A stretch of 24,000 bases of DNA from Ferroglobus placidus DSM 10642 (GTDB lineage Archaea; Halobacteriota; Archaeoglobi; Archaeoglobales; Archaeoglobaceae): assembly GCF_000025505.1 (NCBI RefSeq), contig NC_013849.1, forward strand, positions 685,799 to 709,798, given 5' to 3'. This document shows positions 22,147 to 24,000 of this stretch, piece after piece (the stretch's first letter is position 1; each line of letters begins with the position of its first letter). The position numbers and the translations under genes are program-made. The notes under the pieces were generated by a model. It worked only from the letters and a program-made list of their open reading frames with translations. It had not been told where the DNA came from and searched no databases.

Positions 22147-22656
22147 TTAACGTTTTCCCATATTCAAACAAACATGCCTGAAAGAGCACAATTTTGCAGA
22201 GCATTTCCTGGGAAAATCCGGCTTGTTTTCAAGAAACCAGCTGAAGTACTCCAGACTTTTTTCGTAAAGTTCCTCATCAAACTCAAAAGACTTCATTTGG
22301 GCTCCGTCTCCGTGAAATTTAACGAGAATACCTTTCTCAACATCGAATATTTTCATGTAGAGATTTAGCTGAGCGATCCACTCAATCGGAAAATTCCTCG
22401 AAGAATTCTTCACCTCTATGACGCACTTCTCCGTTAAAAAATCCGCCTTTCCGACCACAGAAAAGTTTTCAAGCTCCATTTTGCCTTTAGGTTGCTTAAC
22501 GTATTTAACTCCGACTAATTTCAAAAACTCCTCAAACTTCCTTTCAGCCTCAAAACCCTTCCTAACGACCTTCGAAGGAGCTTCGAGCTCCGGATAGTTC
22601 ATTTTGAGGTAAACCCACACCCTGCACCTGAAAACCCAAGAGGCGAAAAATTCCAT
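22147..22656 (-). CDS. Cas4-like PD-(D/E)xK nuclease with a four-Cys cluster (solo, no CRISPR context)
   Basis: An N-terminal Cys sits in FRCRVWVYL (compare the Cas4 YCPRxxW motif). The nuclease core is GKADFL ... IEVKNS (D...ExK). QLNLY is the QxxxY motif. The C-terminus is CSAKLCSFRHVC. Confidence 0.6.
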   Translation of the reverse strand: MEFFASWVFRCRVWVYLKMNYPELEAPSKVVRKGFEAERKFEEFLKLVGVKYVKQPKGKMELENFSVVGKADFLTEKCVIEVKNSSRNFPIEWIAQLNLYMKIFDVEKGILVKFHGDGAQMKSFEFDEELYEKSLEYFSWFLENKPDFPRKCSAKLCSFRHVCLNMGKR

Positions 22657-22724
22657 AGGGAAGGGAGTGAGAAGCTGAAGATAAGCTTCCTCCGCATTCT
22701 GGAAGTATTGAAAAGAAGAAGATA

Positions 22725-24000
22725 TTACTCTTCTTTTTTTATAAATTCGTCGTGAAGAACTTTTACAGCCTTTCTTCCTTCGTTTTTGCTCACGGCAAAA
22801 CTGATATTGTATTCGCTGCAGCTCTGACTTATCATCCTAACGTTTATCCTATTTCTTCCGAGGGTGGAGAAAATTCTACCAGCCACTCCGGGAGTTCCAG
22901 CCATTCCAGCCCCTACAGCGCTTATCACAGCAACGTCTCTTATCCCCTCCACCTTTATCGAACCGTTCTCGATCTTTTTCAGAGCTTTCATAGCCTTATC
23001 GTAATCTGAATCGTCTATAACTATGGAAAGGTTTAGCTCAGAGGAGCTCTGAGCCACCATGACAACGTTCACCTTATTTTCTGCCAGAATCCTGAAAACT
23101 TCCGTCATTATCTCGGCAAAATCGAATCCAGCTCCGCTGATGTTGACTATCGATACCTTCTCTATTAAGCTCAGAGCTTTAACAACGTCTTTAGTCGAGG
23201 TAATTCCGTCCCTTATCACGGTTCCCTCCGCTTCTGGATTGAAAGTGTTCTTTATTCTCACGGGAATCTTTCTCTTCATCACCGGCTCAATCGCCCTCGG
23301 ATGCAAAATCTTAGCTCCGAAATGGGACAACTCCATAGCCTCCTGATAACTCAGCTCCGGAATTAGCTTAGCTTCGGGAACTATTTTCGGATCTGTCGTC
23401 ATTACTCCGTCAACTTCCTTCCACAGCCAAACCTCATCAGCATCGATTGCTGCAGCTATCAGAGTGGCTGTTAAGTCGCTCCCCCCTCTTCCGAGGGTTG
23501 TAATGTTCCCGTCTTTAGTTACACCTATGAAGCCTGTAACAACCGGAACCAACTTCTTTATAGAGATTAGAGGTTCTATTCTGCTTTTTATTAAGCTGTA
23601 AACTTCCGGGAGGGGTTTTGCTCTTCCGTAGTTAGAATCCGTAACAATTCCCGCATCCCCACCAGTTAGAGCTACGCTGTCCACGCCGAGCGAGATGAGA
23701 GAAGCGGAAAAAATGGGAGCGAGAAGCCTTTCTCCGAAAGAGAGAATGTAGTCCTCGCTCCTCTTCGTCAGCTCACCAAGATAGCTTATCCCGAGGAGGA
23801 TCTTTTCAAGCTCGTCTAAAAGGTTGTCTATCCTGTTTATGACCTTCTCTTTAATTCTCTTATCCTTAACAGCCGTCTCGATGGCGTCGTAATGTCTCTT
23901 TGCAAGCTCGGCTATAAACAGCTTTATAAAACCGTGAGAAGCTTCTTTATAGCATTTGTGGGCAGCGTGAAGCAAAGAATCGGTAACCCCTTGCATAGCC
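22725..24000 (-). CDS. lysC: Aspartate kinase, N-terminus (~50 aa) outside the window
   Basis: GRGGSDLTATLIAAAIDADEVWLWKEVDGVMTTDPKIVPEAK and LSYQEAMELSHFGAKILHPRAIEP are the aspartokinase signature regions. Two C-terminal ACT-like repeats are present (VSIVNISGAG..., VAVISAVGAGMAGTPGVAGRIFSTLG). The frame stays open to base 24000, and the upstream KFGGTS P-loop is missing. Confidence 0.9.
   Translation of the reverse strand, partial: AMQGVTDSLLHAAHKCYKEASHGFIKLFIAELAKRHYDAIETAVKDKRIKEKVINRIDNLLDELEKILLGISYLGELTKRSEDYILSFGERLLAPIFSASLISLGVDSVALTGGDAGIVTDSNYGRAKPLPEVYSLIKSRIEPLISIKKLVPVVTGFIGVTKDGNITTLGRGGSDLTATLIAAAIDADEVWLWKEVDGVMTTDPKIVPEAKLIPELSYQEAMELSHFGAKILHPRAIEPVMKRKIPVRIKNTFNPEAEGTVIRDGITSTKDVVKALSLIEKVSIVNISGAGFDFAEIMTEVFRILAENKVNVVMVAQSSSELNLSIVIDDSDYDKAMKALKKIENGSIKVEGIRDVAVISAVGAGMAGTPGVAGRIFSTLGRNRINVRMISQSCSEYNISFAVSKNEGRKAVKVLHDEFIKKEE

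Noticed and set aside
12978-22656. The accessory-looking stretch as a mobile element or genomic island
   Set aside because: There is no integrase, transposase, tRNA target, flanking direct repeat or phage-like gene in the window. Codon and amino-acid style looks uniform by eye with the housekeeping genes. A compositional test (GC or k-mer skew against the genome) would be needed to revisit this.
22657-22724. The GAAGCT-N7-AGCTTC hairpin between lysC and the Cas4-like gene as a structured RNA or regulatory element
   Set aside because: It is only a 6-bp stem. It lies in a short spacer that also has a T-rich run on the minus strand (TTCTTCTTTTC). That is adequately explained as ordinary termination/promoter sequence.

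Overview
This is a gene-dense chromosomal segment with about 27 protein genes. I found no rRNA, tRNA, CRISPR array, transposase or integrase. It most likely comes from a hyperthermophilic euryarchaeon, probably Archaeoglobales-like. This rests on a full-length reverse gyrase, Shine-Dalgarno boxes of the GGAGGTGA type, TATA-like boxes about 25 nt upstream of several start codons (suggesting leaderless mRNAs), and a PEF-CTERM-type surface protein.

Gene order:
- Partial SSF permease (1-489).
- A minus-strand KaiC-like ATPase plus HTH protein (539-2023). It faces a tightly coupled plus-strand operon of GTPBP1/EF-Tu-like GTPase, FlaI/VirB11-type ATPase and an HhH-GPD-like protein (2147-5881).
- AN1-zinc-finger rhomboid protease overlapping a radical-SAM gene (5906-7602).
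- Reverse gyrase (7647-10865), convergent with AMP-forming acetyl-CoA synthetase (10862-12766).
- A compact island of exported or membrane-anchored Met-, Cys- and His-rich proteins (12978-16178): two MMGYGM-motif proteins (one with SHOCT), a thioredoxin-fold protein, a 21-aa Cys-rich ORF, a rhodanese, a membrane protein with an intramembrane CC-HH motif, a His-motif protein and CopG/DUF411.
- SAM methyltransferase.
- A metallophosphoesterase fused to a degenerate LMW-PTP-like domain and interrupted by an in-frame TGA.
- A seven-repeat beta-propeller surface protein with a PEF-CTERM-like anchor.
- Nitroreductase, PhzF-like isomerase, a stand-alone CopZ-N-terminal-like Fe-S/Zn protein, a monoheme cytochrome c and a solo Cas4-like nuclease.
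- Partial aspartate kinase.

The two regions most worth follow-up are:
1. The KaiC-like/HTH pair with the GTPase/FlaI-like ATPase/HhH-GPD-like operon, which has no pilus or archaellum components.
2. The thiophilic-ligand island, whose four promoter regions share a roughly 26-nt quasi-palindromic element (TTTTACA-N5-TGTAAAA core; GTAAAATAAG exact three times).

All family assignments come from reading motifs by eye. No database search was run.
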